Shown here: piece by piece, positions 11,910 through 20,575 of the stretch
Layout of the letters: each line of letters begins with the position of its first letter
How positions within the stretch are numbered: position 1 is the stretch's first letter
Assembly (NCBI GenBank): GCA_964564865.1
Contig: CAZMDA010000004.1
Span: 7,895 to 71,894 of the forward strand
From: an uncultured Bordetella sp.
GTDB taxonomy: Bacteria > Pseudomonadota > Gammaproteobacteria > Burkholderiales > SG8-39
Reading direction: 5' to 3'
DNA: 64,000 nucleotides
The notes under the pieces: generated by a model
Seen by the model: the letters and a program-made list of their open reading frames with translations, nothing else
Told to the model about the DNA's origin: nothing
Databases searched by the model: none
Made by a program: the position numbers and the translations under genes

Positions 11910-12630
11910 CGCCGCCGGCAGCAGGCGCGACCCCGGCGCCGGCCGCCCGGCCCTGGAGCGGGCCCTGGGGCACCGCTTCCGCAGCACCGGCCTGCTCGAG
12001 CAGGCGCTCACGCACCGCAGCTTCGGCTCGCCGCACAACGAGCGCCTGGAGTTCCTCGGCGACGGCGTGCTGGGCTGCGTGATCACCGAGGAACTGTATG
12101 CACGCTTCCCGGAGCGCACCGAGGGCGAGCTGTCGCGCCTGCGCGCCAACCTGGTGCGCGAGGCCGCGCTCGCCGGGGTCGCGCGCGCGCTGGGGCTGTC
12201 CGCGTTCCTGCGGCTGGGAGAGGGCGAGCTGGCCAGCGGCGGCGCGGATCGCGCCTCGATCCTGGCCGACGCCCTCGAAGCGGTATTCGGTGCGCTGTTC
12301 CTGGATGGCGGCTACCAGGCGGCGCGGGCCTCGGTGCTCAAGGTCTACGAGGAGGCGCTCGGCCGCCTCGACCCCGGCGAACCGTCGAAGGACGCCAAGA
12401 CCCGGCTGCAGGAACTGCTGCAGGGCAAGCGCCAGAAGCTGCCGCAATACCGCGTGGTGGCGACCCGGGGTGCCGCCCACAAGCAGACCTTCGAGGTCGA
12501 GTGCAGCGTGGACGTGCCGGGCGGCGGCGAGCCGAAGCTCGCGAGGGGCTCGGGCAGCTCCCGCCGCATCGCCGAGCAGCAGGCGGCCGAGCACATGCTC
12601 GAACTGCTCAAGCCGGGCGCCGGCTCGTGA
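11887..12630 (+). CDS. rnc: ribonuclease III
   Basis: ALTHRSFG...NERLEFLGDGVLG RNase III signature and a C-terminal dsRBD-length region. TTG is the only canonical start in frame. Confidence 0.93.
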   Translation: MRQAPRNSAAGSRRDPGAGRPALERALGHRFRSTGLLEQALTHRSFGSPHNERLEFLGDGVLGCVITEELYARFPERTEGELSRLRANLVREAALAGVARALGLSAFLRLGEGELASGGADRASILADALEAVFGALFLDGGYQAARASVLKVYEEALGRLDPGEPSKDAKTRLQELLQGKRQKLPQYRVVATRGAAHKQTFEVECSVDVPGGGEPKLARGSGSSRRIAEQQAAEHMLELLKPGAGS

Positions 12631-12674
12631 GCACCTGAGCACATGAGCACGTGAGCAAGTGAGCAAGTGAGCGC
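12627..12674. repeat. six tandem 8-bp units (NTGAGCNN) spanning the rnc stop and the era start
   Basis: Reads gtgagcac ctgagcac atgagcac gtgagcaa gtgagcaa gtgagcgc directly in the sequence. The rnc TGA is in unit 1 and the era GTG begins unit 6. Confidence 0.9.
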
Positions 12675-13551
12675 ATTCCGCTGCGGCACCGTGGCGCTGG
12701 TGGGACGGCCGAATACCGGCAAGTCCAGCCTGCTCAACCGCCTGGTGGGACAGAAGGTCGCGATCGTCTCGCCCAAGCCGCAGACCACGCGGCACCTGGT
12801 GCGCGGCATCCTCACCACGCCGGACTGCCAGGTCATCTTCACCGATTCGCCCGGCTACCAGACCCGGCACGTGAACCCGCTCAACCGCGCCCTCAACCGG
12901 CGCGCGGGCGAGGCCGCGCGCGACACCGACGCGGTGCTGTTCGTGGTCGAGGCCACGCGCTACGGTGCCGCCGACCAGGCCGTGCTCGCGCGCCTGCCGA
13001 AAGGCGCGCGCATCGTGGCAGTGGTGAACAAGGTGGACCTGGCGAAGGACCGCGGCGCGCTGCTGCAACTGGTGGCCAGGCTGGACAAGGAGCAGCGCTT
13101 TGCGGCCATCGTCCCGGTCTCGGCGCAGACCGGCAGGAACATCCCCGAGCTGGTGCGCGTGCTGCGGGAACTGCTGCCGGAGCAGCCGGCGATCTACCCG
13201 CCCGAGCAGCTCACCGACCAGGACGAGCGCTTCTTCGCCGCCGAGATCCTGCGCGAGAAGCTGTTCCGCCTGCTGGGCGAGGAACTGCCGTACCGCTGCG
13301 AGGTGGTGATCGACAGCTTCAAGGAAGAAGGCCGCCTGCGGCGGATCGAGGCTTCCATCTGGGTCGAGCGCGAGAGCCAGAAGCCGATCCTGGTGGGCAA
13401 GGGCGGGGAGAAGCTCAAGCGCATCTCCACCGCCGCGCGGCTGGACATGGAGAAGCTGTTCGGCGGCAAGGTCTACCTCGGCACCTGGGTCAAGGTGCGG
13501 GACGACTGGAGCGGCGACTCGCGCTTCCTGAGGCAGCTGGGGTATGGCTGA
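12667..13551 (+). CDS. era: GTPase Era
   Basis: [12 protein letters not shown] (G1), TDSPG (G3), NKVD (G4), and a C-terminal KH-type region. Confidence 0.95.
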   Translation: MSAFRCGTVALVGRPNTGKSSLLNRLVGQKVAIVSPKPQTTRHLVRGILTTPDCQVIFTDSPGYQTRHVNPLNRALNRRAGEAARDTDAVLFVVEATRYGAADQAVLARLPKGARIVAVVNKVDLAKDRGALLQLVARLDKEQRFAAIVPVSAQTGRNIPELVRVLRELLPEQPAIYPPEQLTDQDERFFAAEILREKLFRLLGEELPYRCEVVIDSFKEEGRLRRIEASIWVERESQKPILVGKGGEKLKRISTAARLDMEKLFGGKVYLGTWVKVRDDWSGDSRFLRQLGYG

Positions 13552-13560
13552 GCGCGCGGC

Positions 13561-14271
13561 ATGAGGCGGCGCGCGGACAACGAGCACGGTTTCGTGCTGC
13601 ACAGCTGGCCCTACAAGGAGACCAGCCTGATCGTGGAGGTGTTCGCGCGCAGCCGCGGCCGCCTGGGCATCCTCGCGCGCGGCGCGCGCCGGCCGCGCTC
13701 GGCGCTGCGCGGCCTGCTGCTCGCCTTTCAGCCGTTGCGGCTGAGCTGGAGCGGGTCGTCGGAGCTGGGCACGCTCACCTCGGCAGAGTGGATCGGCGGC
13801 GAGGCCGCGCTTGCCGGCACCGGCCTGATGTGCGGCTTCTACCTGAACGAGCTGCTGCTGCGGCTGCTGCCCCGCGAGGACCCGCACGAGGCCTTGTTCG
13901 ACGCCTACGCCGGGGCGCTGGCCAGGCTGGCGGCGGGCGAGCCGCAGGCCCCGGTGCTGCGGGCCTTCGAGCGGCGCCTGCTCGCCGAACTGGGCTATGC
14001 TCCGCTCCTCGAGCGCGAGGCGGCGGGCGCGGCGGTGGAGCCGGGCAAGCGCTACGCCTACCAGCCGGACCGCGGTCCGGTCGAGGCGAGCGGCGGCGGC
14101 GGCGACCTGTACGTGCGCGGCAGCACGCTGCTGGACATCGCGCGCGACGACTACCGCGCGCCGGAAACGCGCGAGGAAGCCCTGCGGCTGATGCGCGCCC
14201 TGATCGCCGAGCGGCTCGGAGGCCAGGCGCTGCACACGCGGGCGGTGCTCGCGGAACTGAAGGTCCTATGA
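13561..14271 (+). CDS. recO: DNA repair protein RecO
   Basis: 236 aa; [18 protein letters not shown] is an OB-fold-type N-terminus; conserved era-recO-pdxJ order. Confidence 0.9.
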   Translation: MRRRADNEHGFVLHSWPYKETSLIVEVFARSRGRLGILARGARRPRSALRGLLLAFQPLRLSWSGSSELGTLTSAEWIGGEAALAGTGLMCGFYLNELLLRLLPREDPHEALFDAYAGALARLAAGEPQAPVLRAFERRLLAELGYAPLLEREAAGAAVEPGKRYAYQPDRGPVEASGGGGDLYVRGSTLLDIARDDYRAPETREEALRLMRALIAERLGGQALHTRAVLAELKVL

Positions 14272-15014
14272 TTGAACTTGGCGTGAACGTGGATCATGTG
14301 GCGACCGTGCGGCAGGCGCGGCGCACCTACGAGCCCGACCCGGTCTGGGCGGCGGTGGAGGCGCACCTTGGCGGCGCCGACGGCATCACGGTGCACCTGC
14401 GCGAGGACCGGCGCCACATCCAGGACGAGGACGTGCGGCGGCTGCGCGAGCTGACGCACATCAAGCTCAACCTGGAGATGGCCGCCACGGACGAGATGGT
14501 CGCGATCGCCTGCCGCATCAAGCCGGAGATGGCGATGCTGGTGCCCGAGGGACGGCACGAGGTGACCACCGAAGGGGGCCTCGACATCGCCTCCCAGGAG
14601 GCCCGGCTCAAGGGCCACGTGGCGAGGCTTGCCGACGCCGGCATCGTCGTCTCGGTGTTCATCGACGCCGAGGCGCGGCAGGTCGAGGCGGCCAAGCGCG
14701 TCGGCGCGGCCGTCTGCGAGGTCCATACCGGGCCGTATGCGCACGCCTTCCACGCCAAGGGCCGCGACGCCGAGAGCGCCGCGGTGGTGGCGGAGCTGGA
14801 GAAGGTGCGCGCCGCGGGCGAGCGCATCCGGGCGCTGGGCATGCGCTTCAATGCGGGCCATGCGCTCAACTACTTCAACGTCGAGCCGGTGGCGCGCCTC
14901 GCCGGCGTGCGCGAGCTGCACATCGGCCACGCGATCGTGTCGCGGGCGGTGTTCACCGGCATGCGCGAGGCGGTGCGCGAGATGAAGCAGCTCATCACCC
15001 AGGCGGCGCGGTGA
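14268..15014 (+). CDS. pdxJ: pyridoxine 5'-phosphate synthase
   Basis: [18 protein letters not shown]...[12 protein letters not shown] overlap with the recO stop. The longer ORF-track frame (13788) overlaps recO. Confidence 0.95.
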   Translation: MIELGVNVDHVATVRQARRTYEPDPVWAAVEAHLGGADGITVHLREDRRHIQDEDVRRLRELTHIKLNLEMAATDEMVAIACRIKPEMAMLVPEGRHEVTTEGGLDIASQEARLKGHVARLADAGIVVSVFIDAEARQVEAAKRVGAAVCEVHTGPYAHAFHAKGRDAESAAVVAELEKVRAAGERIRALGMRFNAGHALNYFNVEPVARLAGVRELHIGHAIVSRAVFTGMREAVREMKQLITQAAR

Positions 15015-15394
15015 TCTACGGCATCGGCACCGACCTGATCGAGATCCCGCGCGTGCAGCGGGCGCTGGAGCGCTTCGGCGAGCGCTTCGCGCAGCGCATC
15101 CTGTGCGAGCCGGAGCTGCGGCGCTTCCGCGCCCACCGGCAGCCGGTGGCCTACCTCGCCAAGCGCTTTGCCGCCAAGGAAGCCTTCACCAAGGCGCTGG
15201 GCACCGGGATCCACGCCCCGGCCAACTGGCACGGGGTCTGGGTGCAGAACCTCAAGTCGGGCAAGCCGGTGCTGGAGTACACGCCGGCGCTCGCGGCGCT
15301 GGTGGCCGCGCGCGGCATCCGCCGAGCGCACCTCACCATCACCGACGAGCGCGAGATCGCCAGCGCCACCGTGATCCTGGAATGCGACGGGTAA
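15011..15394 (+). CDS. acpS: holo-ACP synthase
   Basis: 127 aa; [12 protein letters not shown] and [12 protein letters not shown] motifs. Confidence 0.9.
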   Translation: MIYGIGTDLIEIPRVQRALERFGERFAQRILCEPELRRFRAHRQPVAYLAKRFAAKEAFTKALGTGIHAPANWHGVWVQNLKSGKPVLEYTPALAALVAARGIRRAHLTITDEREIASATVILECDG

Positions 15395-16410
15395 GGACGC
15401 GCCTGCCGCTGGGCGTGGCGGTGCTGGATCCCGCCGGACCGGAGCTGACGGACGACGACCGCCGGCGCATGACGCACCCGGCGGTGGGCGGCGTCATCCT
15501 GTTCGCCCACAACTACCGCGATCCGGCGCAGCTCGCCGCGCTCACCGACGAGATCGCGAGCCTGCGCGATCCGGAGCTGTTCATCTGCGTGGACCATGAG
15601 GGCGGCCGGGTGCAGCGCTTCAGGGACGGCTTCACGACGATCCCGCCGATGCAGCGCCTGGGCCGGCTCTGGGACCGCGACCGCGACGGCGCGCTCGCGA
15701 GCGCGCACGCGGTGGGCTACGTGATCGCGGCCGAGCTGGCGGCCCACGGGGTGGATTTCAGCTTCACGCCGGTGCTGGACCTGGACTACGGCAGCAGCGA
15801 GGTGATCGGCCACCGCGCCTTCCACTACGATCCGAACGCGGTCGGCGCGCTGGCCGCGGCCCTGGTCAAAGGCCTGGCCGATGCCGGCTCCGCCGCGGTG
15901 GCGAAGCATTTTCCGGGGCACGGCTACGCGGCGGTGGATTCCCACGTCGGCGTGCCCCGCGACGAACGCAAGGGCGCCGACATCCTGCGCAAGGACGTCG
16001 CCCCCTATGCGACGGTGATCGCGGCCGGCCTGGCGGCCGTGATGCCGGCGCACGTCATCTACCCGGACGCCGACCCGGAGCCGGCGGGCTACTCGCGCTA
16101 CTGGCTGCAGGAGGTGCTGCGCAGGCGCCTCGGCTTCGACGGGCTGATCTTCAGCGACGACCTCGCCATGGAGGGCGCGAGCACGGCGGGCGGAATCCCG
16201 GAGCGCGCACAGGCTGCGCTGGCGGCGGGCTGCGACATGGTGCTGCTATGCCAGAACCCGGAAGGGCAGGACGCCTTGCTGCAGGCGCTGGGGGAGGCAC
16301 CCATGGCCGTGCCGGAGCGCGCCGAGCGCATGCGCCACAAGGGCGGCCGGGACCTCAGGAAAAGCGTGGCCTACCGGGAAGCGCTGCAGGCCATGGAGAT
16401 GATTCCCTAG
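15382..16410 (+). CDS. nagZ: beta-N-acetylhexosaminidase (GH3)
   Basis: HPAVGGVILFAHNY, KHFPGHG and SDDLAMEGA motifs. Start at ATG 15382 is uncertain by a few codons. Confidence 0.9.
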   Translation: MRRVRTRLPLGVAVLDPAGPELTDDDRRRMTHPAVGGVILFAHNYRDPAQLAALTDEIASLRDPELFICVDHEGGRVQRFRDGFTTIPPMQRLGRLWDRDRDGALASAHAVGYVIAAELAAHGVDFSFTPVLDLDYGSSEVIGHRAFHYDPNAVGALAAALVKGLADAGSAAVAKHFPGHGYAAVDSHVGVPRDERKGADILRKDVAPYATVIAAGLAAVMPAHVIYPDADPEPAGYSRYWLQEVLRRRLGFDGLIFSDDLAMEGASTAGGIPERAQAALAAGCDMVLLCQNPEGQDALLQALGEAPMAVPERAERMRHKGGRDLRKSVAYREALQAMEMIP

Positions 16411-16973
16411 GCTCTTTCCATGTAGCTACCGTCGTTGGTCGAGACCTTGATCTTCTCGCCCTGGTTGATGAACGGCGGCACCTGCACGATGAGGCCGGTC
16501 TCCGTGGTCGCCGCCTTGAAGGTGTTGGTGGCGGTGGCGTTCTTGATGCCGGGCTCGGTCTCGGTCACGGTCAGGACCACCGAGGGCGGCAGCTCCAGGC
16601 CGATGGGGCGGCTGTTGTAGAAATTCACCTGCACCGACATGTTGGGCAGCAGGAAGCCGGTCTGGCCCTCGAGGAACTCCGCCGAGAGCGGCATCTGCTC
16701 GTAGTTCTCCTTGTCCATGAAGACGTAGCTGTCGCCGTCCTGGTACAGGTACTCCATCTCGCGCGGATCGACGAAGGCGCGCTCGATCTTGTCCTCGGTG
16801 CGGAAGCGCTGGTTGGTCTTGGTGCCGGCCTCGATGTCCTTCATCTCGACCTGCATGAAGGCGCCGCCGCGGCCGCCGACGTGCACGTGGTAGCACTTGA
16901 GGACGCGCCAGACGCGCTTGTCCCACTCCAGGAGGTTGCCGACGCGGAGCTCGACTGCGGATACCTTTGCCAT
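16407..16973 (-). CDS. efp: elongation factor P
   Basis: 188 aa with three-domain EF-P length. Has ...VHVGGRGGAFMQVEMKD... and a C-terminus VPPFINQGEKIKVSTNDGSYMERA. Its stop shares the palindrome CTAG with the nagZ stop. Confidence 0.9.
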   Translation of the reverse strand: MAKVSAVELRVGNLLEWDKRVWRVLKCYHVHVGGRGGAFMQVEMKDIEAGTKTNQRFRTEDKIERAFVDPREMEYLYQDGDSYVFMDKENYEQMPLSAEFLEGQTGFLLPNMSVQVNFYNSRPIGLELPPSVVLTVTETEPGIKNATATNTFKAATTETGLIVQVPPFINQGEKIKVSTNDGSYMERA

Positions 16974-17015
16974 TGCCCAAGTCCTTGAAAAGGGGCCGAA
17001 TTATAATCCAATCCC

Positions 17016-18788
17016 ATGTTCGATCCGAAAGCCTTCGTCGCCGGCCTGCCGAACCTTCCCGGCGTCTACCGGATGCTGGGCGCCCAGGGCGAGCCGCTGT
17101 ACGTCGGCAAGGCGGGCGACCTGAAGAAGCGCGTCGGCTCGTACTTCAGCAAGCAGGACCAGAGCCCGCGCATCCGCATGATGCTGGCGCAGGTCGCAGG
17201 CATCGAGACCACGGTGACGCGCTCCGAGGGCGAGGCGCTGCTGCTGGAGAACAACTACATCAAGAGCCTGGCGCCGCGCTACAACATCCTGTTCCGCGAC
17301 GACAAGTCCTACCCCTACCTGATGATCACCGGGCACGCCTTCCCGCGCCTGGGCTTCCATCGCGGTTCGCGCGACCGCGCCAACCGCTACTTCGGCCCGT
17401 TCCCGCATTCGCACGCGGTGCGCGAGAGCATCCAGCTGCTGCAAAGGGTGTTCCGCCTGCGCACCTGCGAGGACTCGGTGTACGCCAACCGCTCGCGTCC
17501 CTGCCTGCTGCACCAGATCCGGCGCTGCACCGCGCCCTGCACCGGGCAGATCAGCGCCGAGCGCTACGCGCAGGACGTCAAGGGCGCGGAGCTGTTCCTC
17601 CAGGGGCGGGAGGACGACGTCATCGGGATGCTGAACGAGAAGATGCACGCGGCGGCGGCGGCCATGCGCTACGAGGAGGCGGCCCTGTTCCGCGACCAGG
17701 CGCGCGCGCTGTCGCGGGTGCAGGCCCGGCAGTACGTCGAATCCGACCGCGGCGTGGACGCCGATGTGGTCGCCTGCGAGCTGGACCGGGGCATGGCCTG
17801 CGTCAACCTGGTGATGATCCGGGGCGGGCGCCACGTCGGCGACCGCAGCTTCTTCCCGCAGAACGCCGAGCGCGCCAGCGCGGGCGAGGTCCTCGCGGCG
17901 TTCCTCGGCCAGCACTACCTGGAGCAGCCGCCGCCGCCGCTGGTGCTGGTGGGGGCCGAGGTGGAGTTCGAGCTCGCCGGCTCCCAGGTGCAGGCCGCGC
18001 TGCAGGGGGAGCGCCGCGTCTGGGTCGAGATGGCGGCGAAGAACGCGCAGCTCGCGCTGGCGCAGCGGGCGAGGGAGAAAAGCACCCAGGAGGCGCGCAT
18101 CGTCGCGCTGCGCGAGGCGCTCGGCCTGCCGGAGACCGCCCAGCGCATCGAATGCTTCGACATCAGCCACACCATGGGCGAGGCGACGGTGGCTTCCTGC
18201 GTGGTCTACGACCGCCACGCCATGCAGCGCGGGGAGTACCGGCGCTTCAACATCCGGGACGTCGCCCCGGGCGACGACTACGGCGCCATGCGCCAGGCGC
18301 TGGAGCGGCGCTACAGCCGCGTCTCGGCGGAGGAGGGCCGCATGCCGGACCTGGTGCTGATCGACGGCGGCCGGGGGCAGCTCAATGCGGCGCGGGCCGC
18401 GCTCGCGGAACTCGGCCTGAGCGACGTCAACGTGCTGGGCGTCGCCAAGGGCCCGGAGCGGCGTCCCGGGCTGGAGGAGCTGGTGCTGGAGGCCGACGGC
18501 CAGACGCTGTCGTTGCCGGCCGACCACGCCGGGCTGCACCTGATCCAGAGCATCCGCGACGAGGCGCACCGGTTCGCGATCGCAGGCCATCGCGCGCGCA
18601 GGGGCAAGGCCCGGGTAACATCCACCCTGTCCGAGATTCCCGGCATCGGCGCCAAGCGGCGCCTCAAGCTGCTGGCGCATTTCGGCGGCTTGCAGGGCGT
18701 CCAGTCGGCTGGCGTGGACGACCTGACCAAGGTGCCAGGCGTGAGCCGGACGCTGGCCGAGAAGATCTACCGCCACCTGCACGCCTGA
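17016..18788 (+). CDS. uvrC: excinuclease ABC subunit C
   Basis: GIY-YIG N-terminus (PGVYRMLG...LYVGKAGDLKKRV) and C-terminal HhH (IPGIGAKRRLKLLAHFG). Confidence 0.95.
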   Translation: MFDPKAFVAGLPNLPGVYRMLGAQGEPLYVGKAGDLKKRVGSYFSKQDQSPRIRMMLAQVAGIETTVTRSEGEALLLENNYIKSLAPRYNILFRDDKSYPYLMITGHAFPRLGFHRGSRDRANRYFGPFPHSHAVRESIQLLQRVFRLRTCEDSVYANRSRPCLLHQIRRCTAPCTGQISAERYAQDVKGAELFLQGREDDVIGMLNEKMHAAAAAMRYEEAALFRDQARALSRVQARQYVESDRGVDADVVACELDRGMACVNLVMIRGGRHVGDRSFFPQNAERASAGEVLAAFLGQHYLEQPPPPLVLVGAEVEFELAGSQVQAALQGERRVWVEMAAKNAQLALAQRAREKSTQEARIVALREALGLPETAQRIECFDISHTMGEATVASCVVYDRHAMQRGEYRRFNIRDVAPGDDYGAMRQALERRYSRVSAEEGRMPDLVLIDGGRGQLNAARAALAELGLSDVNVLGVAKGPERRPGLEELVLEADGQTLSLPADHAGLHLIQSIRDEAHRFAIAGHRARRGKARVTSTLSEIPGIGAKRRLKLLAHFGGLQGVQSAGVDDLTKVPGVSRTLAEKIYRHLHA

Positions 18789-18809
18789 CTCCACGAACCT
18801 GCGAGACGC

Positions 18810-19394
18810 ATGCCTGCCGCCCGATCCAGCCTGACGAGCCTGCCCAACCTGATCACGTGGCTGCGGATCCTGCTGATCCCGCTGATCGTGGGCATCTTCT
18901 ACCTGCCGGACCACTGGCTGTCCGAGTGGGGACGCAACGTGGCGGCGACCTCCATCTTCGTGTTCGCCTCGCTCACGGACTGGCTGGATGGCTGGCTGGC
19001 GCGCCGGCTGAACCAGATGTCCGCGTTCGGCGCCTTCCTCGACCCGGTGGCCGACAAGCTGATGGTCGCCGGCGCCCTGATCGTGCTGCTGCAGCTGGCG
19101 CGCGTCGACCCGGTGGTGGCGCTCATCATCATCGGCCGGGAGATCGCGGTGTCGGCCCTGAGGGAATGGATGGCGAAGGTGGGGCAGGCCAAGAGCGTGG
19201 CCGTCGCCACCATCGGCAAGCTGAAGACCGCCAGCCAGATGGTCGCCATCCCGCTGCTGCTCTACGGCGAGGAGCTGTTCGGGCTGGTGGACTGCCAGTG
19301 GCTGGGGACCATCCTGATCAACGTCGCCGCGGTCCTGACGGTGATCTCCATGCTGTACTACCTGCGCAAGGCCATCCCCCATGCCTCGGGTTGA
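18810..19394 (+). CDS. pgsA: CDP-diacylglycerol--glycerol-3-phosphate 3-phosphatidyltransferase
   Basis: CDP-alcohol phosphotransferase motif DWLDGWLARRLNQMSAFGAFLDPVADK; multi-TM. Confidence 0.93.
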   Translation: MPAARSSLTSLPNLITWLRILLIPLIVGIFYLPDHWLSEWGRNVAATSIFVFASLTDWLDGWLARRLNQMSAFGAFLDPVADKLMVAGALIVLLQLARVDPVVALIIIGREIAVSALREWMAKVGQAKSVAVATIGKLKTASQMVAIPLLLYGEELFGLVDCQWLGTILINVAAVLTVISMLYYLRKAIPHASG

Positions 19395-19429
19395 GCTATA
19401 ATCCCGGTCCGTTCAATCAGGGTTTCAAT

Positions 19430-19505
19430 GCGGGAGTAGCTCAGTTGGTAGAGCGTAACGTTGCCAACGTTAAGGTCGCCGGTTCGAGACCGGTCTCCCG
19501 CTCCA
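19430..19505 (+). tRNA. tRNA-Gly (anticodon GCC)
   Basis: Acceptor stem GCGGGAG/CTCCCGC, anticodon loop TTGCCAA, GGTTCGAGA T-loop, encoded CCA. Confidence 0.95.
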
Positions 19506-19515
19506 GATTACGTTA

Positions 19516-19548
19516 GGGAAGGTCGCGAGGCCTTCCCTTTGCTTTTTG
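19516..19548 (+). terminator. hairpin plus T-tract between tRNA-Gly and tRNA-Cys
   Basis: GGGAAGG ... CCTTCCC stem followed by TTTGCTTTTTG. Confidence 0.4.
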
Positions 19549-19554
19549 CAACCC

Positions 19555-19628
19555 GGCGGGGTGGCAGAGTGGTCATGCAGCGGCCTGCAAAGCCGTGTAC
19601 GCCGGTTCGATTCCGACCCCCGCCTCCA
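19555..19628 (+). tRNA. tRNA-Cys (anticodon GCA)
   Basis: Acceptor stem GGCGGGG/CCCCGCC, anticodon loop CTGCAAA, GGTTCGATT T-loop, encoded CCA. Confidence 0.95.
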
Positions 19629-19646
19629 GCCCCCCACGTCAGGCCT

Positions 19647-19733
19647 GCCCGGGTGGCGAAACTGGTAGACGCAGGGGACTTAAAATCCCCCGGCCGCGAG
19701 GCCGTGCTGGTTCAAGTCCGGCCCCGGGCACCA
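19647..19733 (+). tRNA. tRNA-Leu (anticodon TAA), long variable arm
   Basis: Acceptor stem GCCCGGG/CCCGGGC, anticodon loop CTTAAAA, long variable arm (CGGCCGCGAGGCCG), GGTTCAAGT T-loop, encoded CCA. Confidence 0.93.
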
Positions 19734-19750
19734 CAGGGACGAGCGACGAG

Positions 19751-20572
19751 ATGATGCGGATCAGGCGGACGGCCAGGTCGGAACCCCGGTTGGAGCGCGC
19801 CGGGCAATGGCTGCTCGAGGCCCACCGCCGCCGCGAGCCGTTCGGCCCCATGCCGGCGGACCTGGCCCCGCGCACCATCGAGGAAGCCTACGCCATCCAG
19901 GGCGAGTTCGTCGGCATGCGCGGCCACGAGCTCGGTCCCGTGGTCGGCTACAAGATCGCCCTCACCACGCCGCAGATGCGGCAGATGGTCGGGGTGCAGG
20001 ATTCCATCGCCGGCGACATGCTGGAGAAATCCCTGCTGCGCAGCCCGGCGCGGGTGCGCGCGGCGGACTATGCGCGCCTGCTGGTGGAGTTCGAGATCGC
20101 CGTCGAGCTGGGCGAGGACCTGCCGGCCGTCGGCGCCCCTTACACCAGGGAATCCGTCGCCGCGGCCGTGGCCGCGGTGATGCCGGCGCTGGAGCTGGCG
20201 GACGACCGCAATGCCGACTACAGGCAACTCTCGTCGCACGCGCTGATGCTGATCGCCGACAACGCGTGGAACGAGGGCGCGGTCCTGGGCGAGCCGCTGC
20301 GTGACTGGCGCGGCCTGGACCTGGGCGCGCTGCGCGGCGTGGCGACGGTCAACGGCGCCACGGTCGGGGAGGGCCACGGCCGGGACGTGATGGGCCATCC
20401 GTTCGAGGCGCTCGCCTGGGTGGCGAACAACCTCGCGGCGCGCGGGCTCGGCCTCTGGCGCAGCGACGTCGTCATCACCGGCAGCCTGGTGACCAGCAAG
20501 TTCCCCAGGGCGGGCGACCGCATCCGCTTCGAGGCGGGCGCACTGGGCAGCGTCGAGCTGGCGGTGGACTGA
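19751..20572 (+). CDS. 2-keto-4-pentenoate hydratase / FAH-family hydratase-decarboxylase-like protein
   Basis: 273 aa from ATG 19751 (the ORF-track start 19595 runs through the tRNAs). EEAYAIQGEFV...GYKIALTTPQMRQ resembles the MhpD/HpcG family. Confidence 0.7.
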   Translation: MMRIRRTARSEPRLERAGQWLLEAHRRREPFGPMPADLAPRTIEEAYAIQGEFVGMRGHELGPVVGYKIALTTPQMRQMVGVQDSIAGDMLEKSLLRSPARVRAADYARLLVEFEIAVELGEDLPAVGAPYTRESVAAAVAAVMPALELADDRNADYRQLSSHALMLIADNAWNEGAVLGEPLRDWRGLDLGALRGVATVNGATVGEGHGRDVMGHPFEALAWVANNLAARGLGLWRSDVVITGSLVTSKFPRAGDRIRFEAGALGSVELAVD

Positions 20573-20575
20573 CGG

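Noticed and set aside
12627-12674. Possible CRISPR or minisatellite.
   Set aside because: The units are only 8 bp with no spacers, and the total length is 48 bp. It is a simple tandem repeat, not a CRISPR array. No CRISPR-like array was seen anywhere in the window.
16407-16410. nagZ and efp stop codons share the palindrome CTAG (TAG on both strands).
   Set aside because: This is a real but trivial consequence of convergent genes abutting. No functional implication can be supported.
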